A stretch of 64,000 bases of DNA from Rozella allomycis CSF55. Its lineage: Eukaryota. The stretch's first letter is position 1, and the number at the start of each line of letters is the position of its first letter. The stretch is from assembly GCA_000442015.1 (NCBI GenBank), contig KE561071.1:1-64000 (forward strand), read 5' to 3'. The notes beneath the pieces were generated by a model. The model did not search any database. It was not told the origin of the DNA and was given only the letters and a program-made list of their open reading frames with translations. This document shows positions 9,150 to 22,264 of this stretch, in pieces. A program made the translations under genes and the position numbers.

Positions 9150-12130
9150 ATGGACAACGACTTTTATGACGAATTCGGCAACTATATAGGCCCTGAGGAG
9201 GGTTCCGGATCAGATAATGAGAAATCTAGTGAGAGTGAGTATGGCGAGGCTGCAGTTGAGGAAGCAGAGGGCGAGCAGGCTGTGGTTGTTGGGCCGATAG
9301 ATAGTGGTATGATGAATGTATGTGAGGGATGTAGTTGTTGATGGCCGCGTGATATTGCATGAAGATAAAAAGTATTATCCGAGTGCTGAGGAGGTGTATG
9401 GGGAGGAGGTTGAGGCGATGGTGCAGGATGAGGATACGCAAGCGCTGAGTGTTCCGATTATTGCGCCATTGAAGACGAAGCGGTATGTGTTGGAGGAGCG
9501 GGATTTGCCCGAGACGACGTATTCGAAGCAGTTTCTGGTAGAGTTGATGGGGTACCCTGAGAGGATAAGGAATGTGAGTATTGTTGGGCATTTGCATCAT
9601 GGCAAGACTGCGTTGATGGATGTGTTGGTGCGGGAGACGCATGAGGTGCGTGGGGGCAGGAAGGTTGCTGGTCGGTATACGGATGCGAATGTGATTGAGC
9701 GGGAGAGGGGGTGTAGTATAAAGGCGAGTCCGATGAGCTTGGTTATGAGTACTAGTAAGGGGACGTCGTATTTGATGAATGTTGTTGATACGCCTGGTAA
9801 GAGGGATGTGATGAGTGATATAGGACATGTGAATTTTAGTGATGAGGTTAGTGTGAGTATGCGGGTGAGTGATGGTGTAGTGTTGGTTGTTGATGCAGTT
9901 GAGGGAGTGATGATGAATACTGAGAGGGTTGTGAGGATGGCGTTGAGGGAGGGGTTGCCGCTTGTGTTGATGATTAATAAAGTGGATCGGTTGATACTGG
10001 AGTTGCGGTTACCGCCGAATGATGCGTATTTCAAGTTGAAGCATACGATAGAAGAGTTGAATATGATGATTAAGGGGATGGGCTATAAGAACAGATTGTC
10101 ACCAGAGTTGGGGAATGTGTGTTTTGGGTCTAGTTTGATGGGATTTTGTTTTAGTTTAAAGTCGTTTGCCAGGATGTATTCCAAGGAAGTAGATTGTGAA
10201 GAGTTTAGTAAAAGATTGTGGGGAGATTTGTATTTTAATGAGAAGAGTAGAAGATTTACCAGGGAAAGTGAAGGGAATGAAAGAAGTTTTGTGCATTTTG
10301 TGTTGAAGCCAATTTATAAATTGACATCTATTGTGATAGGGGAGGAAACAAAGGAGATTAAAAAGATGATGATTGAAGAGGTTGGAGTTGAATTGACAGA
10401 GAAAGAGTTGAATTTGGATGTTGAAATGTTGATGAGAAGAGTTTATGAGATATTTTTTGGAGATTTTTCTAGTTTGATTGATATGATTGTAGAAAAGTTG
10501 CCAAGTCCAATGGAGATGAAGAGATTAGGTAGAGGGAATGAGAGTGATGGAGAAGTTTGTTTGAATTTGATAAAGAATTATTCGAATGAAGATGGAACAG
10601 AATTTTATAGTTTTGGGAGGGTGTTTAATGGAACGTTGAGGGTTGGAATGAAAGTGAAAGTTTTGGAGAATGAAGATGAAGAAGATTTGAAGATACAAAA
10701 GATTGAAGAGCTTTATGTGTATGAAACCAGGTAAAATTAGTAGATTTAATGATATGAAAGATATAAAATAAAAGTTGATAAAATTCCAGCTGGAAATTTT
10801 GTTTTGATTAAAGGAGTTGAATTTTGTAAAAGTTGTACAGTTTATGAAGAAAGAAAAGAAGAGATTGAAATGTTTAAAGAAATAAAGTTTGATACAAAAT
10901 CTATAGTAAAGTTATCAATTGAACCCAACAATCCATCAGAATTACCAAAAATGTTGGATGGATTAAAGAAAGTATTAAAAACATATCCCTGTTTAGAAAC
11001 TAAAGTTGAAGAATCTGGAGAACATGTAATCTTTGGAACTGGAGAATTCTATTTAGATTGTGTGTTGCATGATTTAAGAAATTATTCTGAAATTGAAATT
11101 AAAGTTTCTGATCCAATTGTAAAGTTTTCTGAAACTGTAATTGACACTTCTTGCATTAAATGTTACGCTGAAACTCCAAACAAAAAGAATAAACTCACAA
11201 TGATTGCTGAACCTTTAGACAAGGGGCTAGACATTGATATTTCATTGGGTCTTTTAAACAACAAACCAAATCAATTCAACATTCTCAAAAATAAATACAA
11301 TTGGGATGTTTTAGCCGCAAATTCCATTTGGGCTTTTGGTCCTTCCAATCTAGATTCAAATATCCTCTTGGATGATTCTCTACTGTCAAACAAATCTCTC
11401 TTAAACTCTACAAAATATTTTATCACTCAAGGGTTTCAATGGTCAGTCAGAGAAGGTCCTCTATGCGATGAACGTAATCTTTCTCTTTATCTCATCATAG
11501 CCATCAGAAACGTTAAATACAAAATACTTGATGCTGTTCTAGCTAATGAATCAATCTACCGCGGTGGTGGTCAAATCATTCCAACAGCTCGTCGTGTTTG
11601 CTATTCATCTTTTCTTATGGCTTCTCCTAGACTCATGGAACCTGTTTATCTAGTAGAAATTCAAACTCCAGCTGATTGTGTTTCTGCCATATATTCGGTT
11701 CTTGCAAATCGTCGGTACATTCATTCCTCTATTCTAATTACAGTGGTCATGTCACTCAAGATATTCCCAAAGCTGGTTCTCCTCTTTACACTCTAAAGGC
11801 TCTCCTTCCTGTAATCGATTCATTCGGCTTTGAAACTGATCTCAGAACGCACACAAACGGTCAAGCATTCTGTCAACAAGTCTTAGATCATTGGCAGGTA
11901 TCACCTTTTCTTTATAATTCTCTTAGATTGTTCCAGGTGATCCTTTAGATAAATCCATTCTACTAAAACCACTAGAACCAGCATCTGGCCATCAACTAGC
12001 TAGAGATTTCATGCTCAAAACTAGAAGAAGAAAAGGTTTGTCAGAAGATGTTGGCGTACAGAAATATTTTGATGATCCCATGCTGCTTGAATTGGCTAGG
12101 TCTAATATTGTCAATCAGCCATTTATTTAA
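9150..12130 (+). CDS. SNU114: U5 snRNP 116 kDa GTPase (Snu114/EFTUD2)
   Basis: [72 protein letters not shown]; six short introns. Confidence 0.97.
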
Positions 12131-12183
12131 TCACAATAAACTAAAATAATTTAATAAAGAAATTTAATGCGATAATTAATGAT

Positions 12184-12957
12184 TTATTTCAACAACTCTG
12201 CTATAAATTTCCTGACTTCTTCATTCGCTTGGCTTCCGTTCATATTTACTACATGCTCATTTAATATATATTGACGCACCGCGGTAGGCCCAAAAAATAT
12301 CTGACCTTCCTTTAATATTTTTTCTTTGTGCTCATAATCTTTGACAAGATGAACTGCGTTTCTCATTTCCTCTCTCAACTGCCTAATTTCTACAATCCTG
12401 TTATTAATGCTTGCTGTCTTTTCTTTTAAAAACTCAATTCGTTCAAGGTAATCATTTAAAGATGGATTGCTATTATCAAGCGTAGGTATGTCATAATTGT
12501 CATTGTTAAAACCCGCTCTTGACATGTATTTCTCAATGTAATATTTTGGAGCGGAATCGAAAACTTTTTGAACATTCTCTTGAACTTGCGACAAAAGGGT
12601 AGAACAAACATATTGTGAACCTGGCACCAAACTCATTAAAAATCCCTGCGCGAAACTTAGTCGATTAGGATCAAAAGGAACTCTAAATTGCACTGCTTCA
12701 ATTTTCTTGGTTTGACTAATGAACATATCCTTTTCAATATTATATTCTTGCCTTGCTTTTGAGTACTCTNCATTAAAGCCAGCTTTAGGGAGTAAACATT
12801 TGATCATGCAAAAATGAGTAATTGGTTCAAGAAGAGTAGGGAAGTCTCTCCTGTTAAATAAACTTCTTGGGATAACAGATAGTGCCATAGAATATGATAA
12901 GAAATCAAAGAAATATACTTGGATATCAAACAATTCTACTAATTTTGAGAGTGACAT
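12184..12957 (-). CDS. Hypothetical protein with a C-terminal coiled coil
   Basis: 257-codon ORF containing one N at 12770; no recognised motif. Confidence 0.5.
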   Translation of the reverse strand: MSLSKLVELFDIQVYFFDFLSYSMALSVIPRSLFNRRDFPTLLEPITHFCMIKCLLPKAGFNXEYSKARQEYNIEKDMFISQTKKIEAVQFRVPFDPNRLSFAQGFLMSLVPGSQYVCSTLLSQVQENVQKVFDSAPKYYIEKYMSRAGFNNDNYDIPTLDNSNPSLNDYLERIEFLKEKTASINNRIVEIRQLREEMRNAVHLVKDYEHKEKILKEGQIFFGPTAVRQYILNEHVVNMNGSQANEEVRKFIAELLK

Positions 12958-12977
12958 TTTGAATACTGCTAATTTAA

Positions 12978-14194
12978 TGGTAGTTCCTGGTAAACAGATA
13001 AAACTTTTACAATTTCAAGATTTAGAAGGAATTCATGAAATAGACAATGATATTTTATGTTTGGATGGATTAATATTTATTTCAGATGCACTATTGCCAT
13101 TTGATTCCGAAAATGAAAAGGATTTTTATCATCGATATATTAGAAACATCCCGACTGTTATTCTTTACAATCAATTTACACGAAATGTAAAGTGCAACTT
13201 TTGTCCAGGTGATTTTCCTCATTTAATACCTGATTTTCCAATCTTGTGTACTAGTTTGAAATCGGACAGCGACAAAACATTCATCGAATTTCAGGGTAAG
13301 CTTCTAGAGAAACTGAGAGACACTGATACCAAAATGAAAACCAAGCAGCGTATATCTTATTACGACCAAGTTTTTCATGAGAATTGGAAATCTAAAATGC
13401 TGCGAAATAAAGTTAATGAAATAGATGAATTAAGCAAATTACTAGAAAATGTTTCTGAATCCAGAGATCAGCGTAGAAACAGTTTCAAAAAACGTTTATT
13501 GCTGATAGAGGAAAATTTTGCCGATGAGTTGACTGAATACACTTTTAAATTGAGATGTATCTATCCTTGGAACTATTATAAGAAATTTGAGATGTGTAAA
13601 TTCAATGATATTAAATTTTCATCCACATGCCATTACGTATAAACTATTTGGGATTAATTAGTTAGATTACTATAGCTATGCATGATTTAAACAAGACTAT
13701 AATAGACTATGAGGTGAAACTGGGAGAAAATAATAAGAAAACAATAAAGAGCAAAGTAGATTTTACTTTGAGTGAATACATGTGGGAGATACAGAAACAG
13801 AATGATGAAAATGAGAATTGCAAGGTAAGAGATGAATTTGAAAGAGTGATTAAAAACTCTTTGTATGCCCCAGTAATTTAATGTGGTAAATTTTAAAGGC
13901 TATTGGATTATTAATAAGTGCATTAGTGACCCCGGCTCTCAACGTAGCTGTAGGTATTTTCAGTGTTACAGGTGAAGATTTAGGGTCATTTGAATAATAG
14001 GATTTATTTATTTGTACTTTGGATGGAAATCTGTTGTTAAAAAGGCTGTACAAAGGAGACGAGAAGGTCAAAAGTTGTTAGTGAGAAGCGTGAATGAAAA
14101 ATATGAAGCGATTCTGAATGAAAAATTTGGGGAATTGGAAAGGAGAATAGATATTTTGATGAAAAGGAAAGATGAACAATTGAAGGCAATTTGA
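12978..14194 (+). CDS. Hypothetical membrane protein (coiled coil, two TM helices, coiled coil; possibly mitochondrial Mmc1/Fzo-like)
   Basis: Successive ORFs 12959-13642, 13678-13881 and 14012-14194 joinable by short introns; hydrophobic hairpin near 13900-14030. Family call is tentative. Confidence 0.45.
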
Positions 14195-14200
14195 TTTATT

Positions 14201-15663
14201 TTACAAGTATAAACCTTCTGGAGTTCCTTCAGATTTTCTGTATAAAACTTTTTCTTTTGCCTTTCTAAAGTCTTCTGCGGTGACTTTCATTCTTCTTTCT
14301 CTGAGCGCAAGTAAACCAGCTTCAGTACAAATTGCCTTTAACGCATGAAACTATGGCTTACCTTGACATCAGCGCCTGAAAGATCATCTTTTGAATTTAT
14401 GAATTCATCAATGTCAACGTCAGGAGAAAGATTCATTCTTCCAGTATGGATTGAGAAAATTCTCTTTTTCGTTTTTAGATCTGGAAGGGGAAATTCAATT
14501 TTCCTATCAATTCTCCCTGGTCTAATCAACGCTGGATCTAACGTATCAATTCTGTTAGTAGCCATTATAACCTTTTCAGAATCTTTGGTCTATTTTACTT
14601 TGACATCTCCACGTGAATCAAATCCATCCAACTGATTCAAAAGCTCCAACATTGTTCGTTGAATTTCACGCTCACCGCCTGAATTAGAATCATAGCGTTT
14701 AGTGCCAACTGCGTCAATCTCATCTATAAACACAATAGATGGCGCATTTTCTTCAGCTACACGAAATATTTCTCTCACTAGCTTTGGCCCTTCTCCAAGA
14801 TACTTTTGTATCAACTCGGACCCCACAACGCGAAGAAATGTAGCCGACGTCTGATTCGCTACAGCCTTGGCCAGTAATGTTTTCCCTTTTACATTAATAC
14901 AAAATACTTTACCTGTTCCAGGAGGACCGTAAAGAATAACACCCTTTGGCGGCTTTATTCCCATTTCTTCATACAACTCTGGTCGCGTCAAAGGCAACTC
15001 CACTGCTTCCTTAATCTCTTGCACTTGTTGATCCAATCCTCCAATATCAGCATAGCTCTCAGTAGGCGCTTTTTCCAACTTCATGACATTCACAGTTGGA
15101 TCTGTATCATCCTCCAATATACCTACAATCGATAATGTGTTATGGTGTAATAGCACTGAACACCCTGGCTCCAATAAATCTTTATCCACTACACTCGTAA
15201 TCAATACGTAATACTCAGGACCACTGGCATTTGATATAATCGCATGGTCATCATCAATGATCTCCTCCAACGTTCCAACTCCCATCGGTGCTCCCCTAAA
15301 ATCATCCAAAGACGTTCTTTCTTCTCGGCTTCTCTCTTCTCTCGGCTTCAGGATTTCTTGATTCTCAACAAACTCTTCCTCAAGCAACAAATAATCCTTT
15401 AGTCGCTCCATTCTCAACAACTTTAGCTTACATCGGGTATTAGGAAGCACTATTTCTTCAAAAATTAAATTGTTTACCTGTAGGCAGCTTGTTCGCAGAG
15501 GATGGCCCTTTTCTCTTTCTTCTGCCTACTCTGGTTGGCTGTGGTGGCTCCCACTTTTTCTTTGGTTTATCCTACTTTTATTTTTCATTTTATCTTTACG
15601 CTATTGCCCTTTGGATTGGATGGTGCTTGTCCCTTTGTTAAAATAACGAGCAATCATTACCAT
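14201..15663 (-). CDS. RPT2: 26S proteasome AAA ATPase Rpt2 (PSMC1)
   Basis: MGQ start, [48 protein letters not shown]-terminal PEGLYL; several short introns. Confidence 0.97.
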
Positions 15664-15872
15664 GATTAACCAGGGTTAAAGCCACGTCCCAGTACTTATT
15701 TTACACTGGATTTTTACTGTCTTTATTACTTTAAATGAAGTTTTAAATTTATTTTATCTATCTCCATTTATAACCAGGTTGAATTAGACTTTGACATCAG
15801 GTACAGGGTTGATATGCATTTAAGGCTTGATTGGCAGCACCACATGGGTTCAGCCTTGTGAATACAAGACCT

Positions 15873-17033
15873 ATGAATTACAAATACGACAGATTTATTC
15901 AGAAACCCTGTATCGTTGAGACTTTTCATCTGCAAGATCCGACTACCATGCATTCCTCACTTCTTCATTCTTGGTGCAAGCAATCAATAACCAATTCTTT
16001 GCATCTTCCTTTGAAATTATCCAAAAAATTTCCACCAAGCGCAAAAAATTCTGGAGAAACTAGATTGGTTAAAGTTCTCGACGCACCAAATTACTCTGAC
16101 GACTTTTACTTGAATTTATTGGATTGGCACAAGGATTTCCTCGCTATTGCATTGCACAACGTTGTCTATTTATATAACACGAAAACTAGTTCTGTAACCC
16201 CTTTGATAAGCAAAGAAAACTGTACATGGACAAGTTTGAAATTTTCTCCTGATGGCACATATTTGGCAATCGCAGATCAGAACGGACAAATCGATATTAT
16301 TCACATTGATTCCTCACAGACTTTTTGTCGTTTTCCTTCTCAGTGTCGTGGTCGAATTCCAGTTATGAAATGGGCTCATGGTAATCGCCTTTTTGCTGGT
16401 CAAAGGGATGGTTCTCTGGTCGCGTATTTGGATGTACTAAGGTCAACTCATAGCGCTCGCTATATATCTTTACACGGTCAAGAAATATGTGGTATCGACT
16501 TGCACTATAATTCCAACTTACTTGCAACTGGTGCAAATGATAACTGTGTGAAATTGTTTGATATGCGGAATAGTCGATCTTTATATACTCTAAGACATAA
16601 TGCCGCCGTAAAAGGTCTGTGTTTTGACAAGCATCGTAGTAACAAGCTATACACAGGTGCAGGTTCCAAGGACCAGAAAATACGGGCATGGAATGTTTCC
16701 ACTGGTGAATTGTGTTTCTCCCAAGAGACTGGATCTCAAATATGCGACTTGATTCAGCTATGCTCGTCTAGAACTTTAGTCACTTCACATGGTTATGCTT
16801 CAAACGACATAAAAATATGGAAAATTGATAGAGATTGCATTCATCTTAGTGAAGTTCTAGCAGGGCACTCAGAAAGGGTGTTGAAAATGTCGTTATCACA
16901 TGATGAAACAATGATAGCTTCTGTTGCGGGAGATGAGTTTTTAAAATTTTGGAAAATAAGGGAAAAGCCAATTGATTCAATAAGAAAGGAAAATCATTCA
17001 CAGTGTGTTGCTCATCCAACCTTGATAAGATGA
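15873..17033 (+). CDS. Cdc20/Fizzy-family APC/C activator (WD40)
   Basis: C-box-like YDRFI, VLDAP..DDFYLNLLDW, H.QEICG, WD40 repeats and C-terminal IR tail; intronless. Confidence 0.9.
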   Translation: MNYKYDRFIQKPCIVETFHLQDPTTMHSSLLHSWCKQSITNSLHLPLKLSKKFPPSAKNSGETRLVKVLDAPNYSDDFYLNLLDWHKDFLAIALHNVVYLYNTKTSSVTPLISKENCTWTSLKFSPDGTYLAIADQNGQIDIIHIDSSQTFCRFPSQCRGRIPVMKWAHGNRLFAGQRDGSLVAYLDVLRSTHSARYISLHGQEICGIDLHYNSNLLATGANDNCVKLFDMRNSRSLYTLRHNAAVKGLCFDKHRSNKLYTGAGSKDQKIRAWNVSTGELCFSQETGSQICDLIQLCSSRTLVTSHGYASNDIKIWKIDRDCIHLSEVLAGHSERVLKMSLSHDETMIASVAGDEFLKFWKIREKPIDSIRKENHSQCVAHPTLIR

Positions 17034-17085
17034 TTTGTAAATAAATTTGGCACTTAACACCGCTTTTAAATATAAAGTATTGTAT

Positions 17086-18027
17086 TCAACTAACTATGCA
17101 CAATTTATTTCCAAATAATTCAATTATGATTTTAAGAGAACTTTCACTCAAGTGCATTAAAGGGCATTCCGAGACATTAAGATAAGACAATAGGGGGAAG
17201 CGTGTGGGGCAAATTACGTCACCAAGCGGTATTGACAATTTACCACATCCACGCAAAGATAAAATTCTTAGATTACAACGCTCAAAATGAAAAAGTCTAT
17301 CGTCAATTTCAAGGCAATAAGAAAGATCGAGTTCCTCGAGATTGGGACAGTTTATAAGAATGGACAGAAAGCCTTCCCATTCGGCCTTGAAACAACCTTC
17401 GCAACTAAGTTTACGTAATCCTTGGCATGTCGAAGATATTCGCTCAAAACATTTTGAAGTCAATCTTCGAAACCCTCTAAGTGCTAATTCCTTTAAATTA
17501 GCATTGCTGGTACATAAAGCGATGATACCATTGTCGGAGACATGAGATGAACATGTAATAATCTTTATGACCTCTAGGTGTTTTAAATTCTTGGACATTA
17601 ATTCGAGAAATCGATCCGTTATATTTGGACAATCAATAAGCACTAATGTAATTAATTTTTTCAAGAAACAAATTTGTTCCAACTCTTGTCTTCCCATAGA
17701 TGCAGCGTTGCATAATATCAATGACTTTAAGTTCATTAATTGATAATGAAATATCGTCTTAAGATCGCCCATGATAAATGAACCAAAATAAACTTCTTCG
17801 ACATTACTATTCACAACCGGCAACACTTCGTTAATAAGAACTTTAACAATGTCGTCCTCCTTGTAATGCAATGAAATTTCTTTCCACAAGAAATTGTCGA
17901 GGCACACTTTTCTCATTTTTTCTGATGTTAGCATTAATCTTATAAGACTTGGCTTTGGTAAAAATGATAGAATATGTAACTGAATGTCCAAAGGAAGATA
18001 ATTCATTTTTTGAATAACGGTACCCAT
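17086..18027 (-). CDS. F-box/LRR protein
   Basis: F-box LPLDIQLHILSFL followed by cysteine-containing LRRs (LEELDLSYC, LRILSLRGC). Confidence 0.88.
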   Translation of the reverse strand: MGTVIQKMNYLPLDIQLHILSFLPKPSLIRLMLTSEKMRKVCLDNFLWKEISLHYKEDDIVKVLINEVLPVVNSNVEEVYFGSFIMGDLKTIFHYQLMNLKSLILCNAASMGRQELEQICFLKKLITLVLIDCPNITDRFLELMSKNLKHLEVIKIITCSSHVSDNGIIALCTSNANLKELALRGFRRLTSKCFERISSTCQGLRKLSCEGCFKAEWEGFLSILINCPNLEELDLSYCLEIDDRLFHFERCNLRILSLRGCGKLSIPLGDVICPTRFPLLSYLNVSECPLMHLSESSLKIIIELFGNKLCIVS

Positions 18028-18143
18028 CGGAACATTATTTTAAATTTTTAAGTTAATTACTATCAAAAGATTCAAAACATCGAATTGCAAATTATTTCGA
18101 AATTATTTGTAAACTTCTAAAAACCCAGAGCCACCTTTCAAAT

Positions 18144-19024
18144 ATGGATTGTGGCTTGATTTGTGCGTCTCAACAAAAAGACGATTTTTTTGTGAACTAC
18201 GTTAAAAAACGTATAGACAGCATAATACAGGGTACTATCAGTAAAAAGGCAGCGTTTCTGTAATTAAAGGTTCAAGAAATTACCTGGTTTGTAGCAAGCA
18301 TGTTGAATATTGGTCTTCTATTATTTACGTGATGTTTACAACATTATCAGGTAATCAATTTTAATGAAAATGACATGACAAACAGACAATCGGGGAAAAT
18401 TTTAGCAGCATAGCGAAGAATAATTGTCACCGTTTGCCTGTACTTGTGTCTATTCCTAATGATATAGAGACGGTTATTCCTCATTCTTGGAGAAAACCTC
18501 ATTCCGTACATGACTGATATTGGTTTTGTCAAATTGAATTTAAAGTGGTTCCATTTTATCGCGAAAATCGTCGCTACAAAGCTTGTACCCTTGAATGTGG
18601 CCATCTTTTTTATTAATGGAAATTATCCGTCAATAACTCGGAGATTGCTGAATATCACATACAATGCAGATTTTAATCCCAGACATCATTCTTACGCCAT
18701 TCTTGGATATATTTTATTAGCGAAAGTTATGTTACAATCGATCTTAGATGCTTCTAGGTATTTCAAGAATAAACAGAATGGTCAGCCAACTATGCTGAGC
18801 GAACGCGCCTATCACGGTATCACTAAATTGAAATGTCCATTGTGTCTAAATACTTTAGTCCATCCAACGGTATCAGATTGCGGTCATTTATTTTGCTGGC
18901 ATTGTATTAATTCATGGGCTCTTACTAAGGTATGCTTTTAATTGATTTTGAAAAGGATGTTTGTCCAATATGTCGTCGAAGCCTGTCCATTCAATCCTTG
19001 TATCCTGTTTTCAATTTAAATTAA
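18144..19024 (+). CDS. PEX10: Peroxisomal RING E3 ligase Pex10
   Basis: N-terminal SQQKDD, YPSITRRLLNITY, and RING CPLC...CGHLFCWHCI...|CPICR; several short introns. Confidence 0.8.
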
Positions 19025-19288
19025 AATATTTTACTAACATTTTATATTCATTTAAATTTTAGCTGGATCAAACAAACAGCTTTATCTTCCGTGAAGTTCT
19101 CTGAAAATCATGTTATTTATTGAACTGAGTGATGAAAATCTATCTATTGGCAATTTTTTTCTTTAACGGCTACAAAAATCATTTGATTTTTTAGTCATAA
19201 AATTCTAAATTAAACAATTATTTGATAATGGGCCTGTCATATAAACTCAGCGAACAAGCCACCAATAAAATTAGGAATTCAAAATTCG

Positions 19289-20574
19289 ATGGGAAACCCA
19301 ACTTACGAGCAAAAGTCTTCCACTATTCTTTACCATTTATACTCCAAATTATTTCATATCATCTATAGTTCACGATGCCCGGAAAATCATGAAAATGTGA
19401 AGACAAATAGTTGGGTAAGGTTGTGGGATACCTCGCCATAGTTTAATATAGAGACAAAAATTTATGAAGTGATAGTTTCAGAAGTAAAAAGGTTTAAGCT
19501 AGAAGATTGGAATAAGAAAATTAAAGATTGTTCAATTAAAGTGATTCTAGATATTTCAGGAGCAAAAGATAATGTCTATCTAAAATCCATGGCTAATGAA
19601 GATTATCGAAAAGTTGAGATTTCAGGCGTTGATTCGATCATTTTAGAAGAATGGAGGATTTGGTTTGATTCATGGGACATTGACAAAATTGACCTTCATC
19701 ATTGGTATAAAGTAATAGTGCTTTTTATGAGAAGCCTTTATACAATCACCAGGGTGCTACCGGCCTTTGGCCTATTCCGAACTTGCGCTTCCAAAAACAT
19801 TGGACTATTGAGACTATCCTTCTTGAATGACGAGTCCATGTCTCATTCAGTTGATAAAAGTATATTTTCTGAAAATGTTGTTGAAACTGCAAAAGAGTAT
19901 TCTTTTGAATCAATTGCTACACCATGCGGAAGGTTAAATGTGTCTGTTATATATAGATCTAACGCTAATTTCTTTTTCCCTGATCCAGCGGCTTTAGAAG
20001 TAATTCTTATAGTAGTTTATTCTAGGTTCCAATGCGGAATTACAGAAAACCTGATTCATGCATCAAATGCGAAGTTCCCTCTAGCTCTTTCCTTCAATAT
20101 GAATCACTGGCAAGTAACAAAAGTTCAGAAAGTTTGAGGCCCCCGTCTTTTCCCCAGTCTTGGAAGTCTGATGTTTCTATAAAGTTTGAGGATCCAAACA
20201 GGAGGAACAATGAGGATAGCCATTTGCAGCATTTGATTTTGATGCTGAATCATCCTCCCTCATTATCTATATTCAAACGACCTGACGACATGATCGGCTC
20301 TTCATCTATTTCTAACATGGAATCATCGATGGTAAAAGGAATTTCTGAATTTGTTTAGATCTTATTTGAAAAGTATAAGCAATTTCGCGGAGAGTTGAAT
20401 TCGAGTAGTTTTATTGGTGCAACCAATGTTGTTTCACCTCAGCCAAACCCTGGAAGTTATAAAGAAGAGCAATTTGAAGAGAAATTTATCAAAGACATTT
20501 CCTCTGTTTGTTTAAATAACCCTTCCAAAGTGACATCATTATTAACAAGAAACTTGATGGCCGGAAATAAATAA
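19289..20574 (+). CDS. ATG13: Autophagy protein Atg13 (HORMA domain plus short disordered tail)
   Basis: YSKLFHIIYSSR, NSW|FNIE, ILEEW, VLFMRSLYTITRVLPA and TPCGRLNVSVIYR match the Atg13 HORMA pattern. Confidence 0.8.
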
Positions 20575-20608
20575 ATTCTTAGCACTAACATTTTCTGAAT
20601 TTTCACTT

Positions 20609-22254
20609 ATGCAAAATTTGAAACAAAAGCTACGTTTCTCACCCGAGTTTTATAAAGATGCGTTTGTTCTATTTCATAAAATTAAGTAAATATAAGATTA
20701 GTATTTTCCTAGTGATTGTGAAACAAAAGACCAAGTCAAGAACTTAAATCAAACGTTCAAGGAGATGTTAAGAAATTACATTAACGTAGTCGAAGAAGGA
20801 GAACATTTAAATAAGATAAAGGTTATTTGGAATCTGGCAGATATCTCAATATTTCATTCTACAAATACCTTTACTGAAGAACTTGTCGATTGGTTTAATG
20901 ATTCTTTTCCAAGTAAGATGAATATTGTATTTGTGACATTGTAAATGAAGACAAAATGGAACAGGAATTACAAAATACAAAGGATGCACATCAAACAGCA
21001 TATTTTTCATCATACATGATAAAATTGGCGCTTAGAGGTCATTTGGATGTTGTTTCATCGTTTTTTCCAGAGATTAAAAGCTTTATCGAGAATTTAGACA
21101 TAGATGACGATGATGTGATGCTGGGGCAACCATCATCAAATAATGAATTGGTTAATACGTTAAAAGATATAATACGAGGTGAAATGGAAGTTATTAAAGA
21201 GAACTCAACGTCTTTATTTGAAGGATTTTGCGCATTTTTATACTATGGGCATCGTGACGTCCAAGTGGAGCATGTGCCAATTCTGATGGATAGATATGGA
21301 TTAGAGGCCACCGCATGCAATTCTTTTGAAACAATAATATACTCTATGCTCGTTAAAGATATTCCTGCATGCATTCAGCTCATTAGCGCAATGGATAGTT
21401 GGTTCATAACTCATATTCTTGAACTGTGGAGAGTTTATGGAGTTTTTGACAATATTTTCGATGGAGATTTAATTTTTGAAATAAGGGAATCATTCTTATT
21501 GGATTTTTCTTTCTCTCTTCTTTGCGAGCCTGAAATTTGGTTTTTGGCCTTTGATTTCGTTATTTATACCGATAAATGGGAATCTAAAGTGGGCAAAGTA
21601 GTTAGTTTTGTATTTGAAAATGTAGATGATACAAAATGTTTATCCAACCGACGACAATATAGAGAAAATAGAACTAATCGCGAAAAATTACAATTTAAAT
21701 AATGAACTGAAACAAATTTACTCTGTAACCAATAATGATTTATACGATAGGTACTTGGAAAAAGAAAGTATGATCAGGGTTCCCTACTATTGGCTTTATC
21801 CTTTTACATTAAATCTGAAGAGTGGCAAAGAGTGGATTCAATTATTGTCCATTTAATTTATTCAAATTCAAAAATAAACAAAATCGAAATTCCTGAGCAA
21901 AATGCAACAGCTTTGGAGCATTCTTCGCACATGAAAATAATCCCACTATATAACTCCCTTGCAGAAGCGATTGAGGATAACAATATCAATAAACAATGCG
22001 GGCTGTTGGTTCAAATTTTAGAAACTGGTCTTATGAAGGATGAACTTTGGCCTAAAATGTTAAAGCTGGCAGGTTTCATTATGCAGAGCGACAACCCTAC
22101 TTTGTTTAATGCTGACCAAATATTTGAAATCATGAGATGTTTTAGTGATATAAACTCTAAAGGCATCATAAACAATCCAGAACAGCTCGATACTTTCGCC
22201 TTGTTGTTGTCTCAAAATTTGGCTCATAATTACCTAATTGATCCCTTTCAATAA
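20609..22254 (+). CDS. NUP85: Nucleoporin Nup85-like
   Basis: Helical protein with WFITHILELW, RESFLLDF and IWFLAFDF resembling Nup85 conserved segments; multi-exon, start approximate. Confidence 0.65.
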
Positions 22255-22264
22255 AGAAATTTTA

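Noticed and set aside
9226-10034. Long antisense ORFs (200 and 145 aa) opposite SNU114
   Set aside because: By-products of the skewed composition opposite a conserved gene; low-complexity translations with no motifs.
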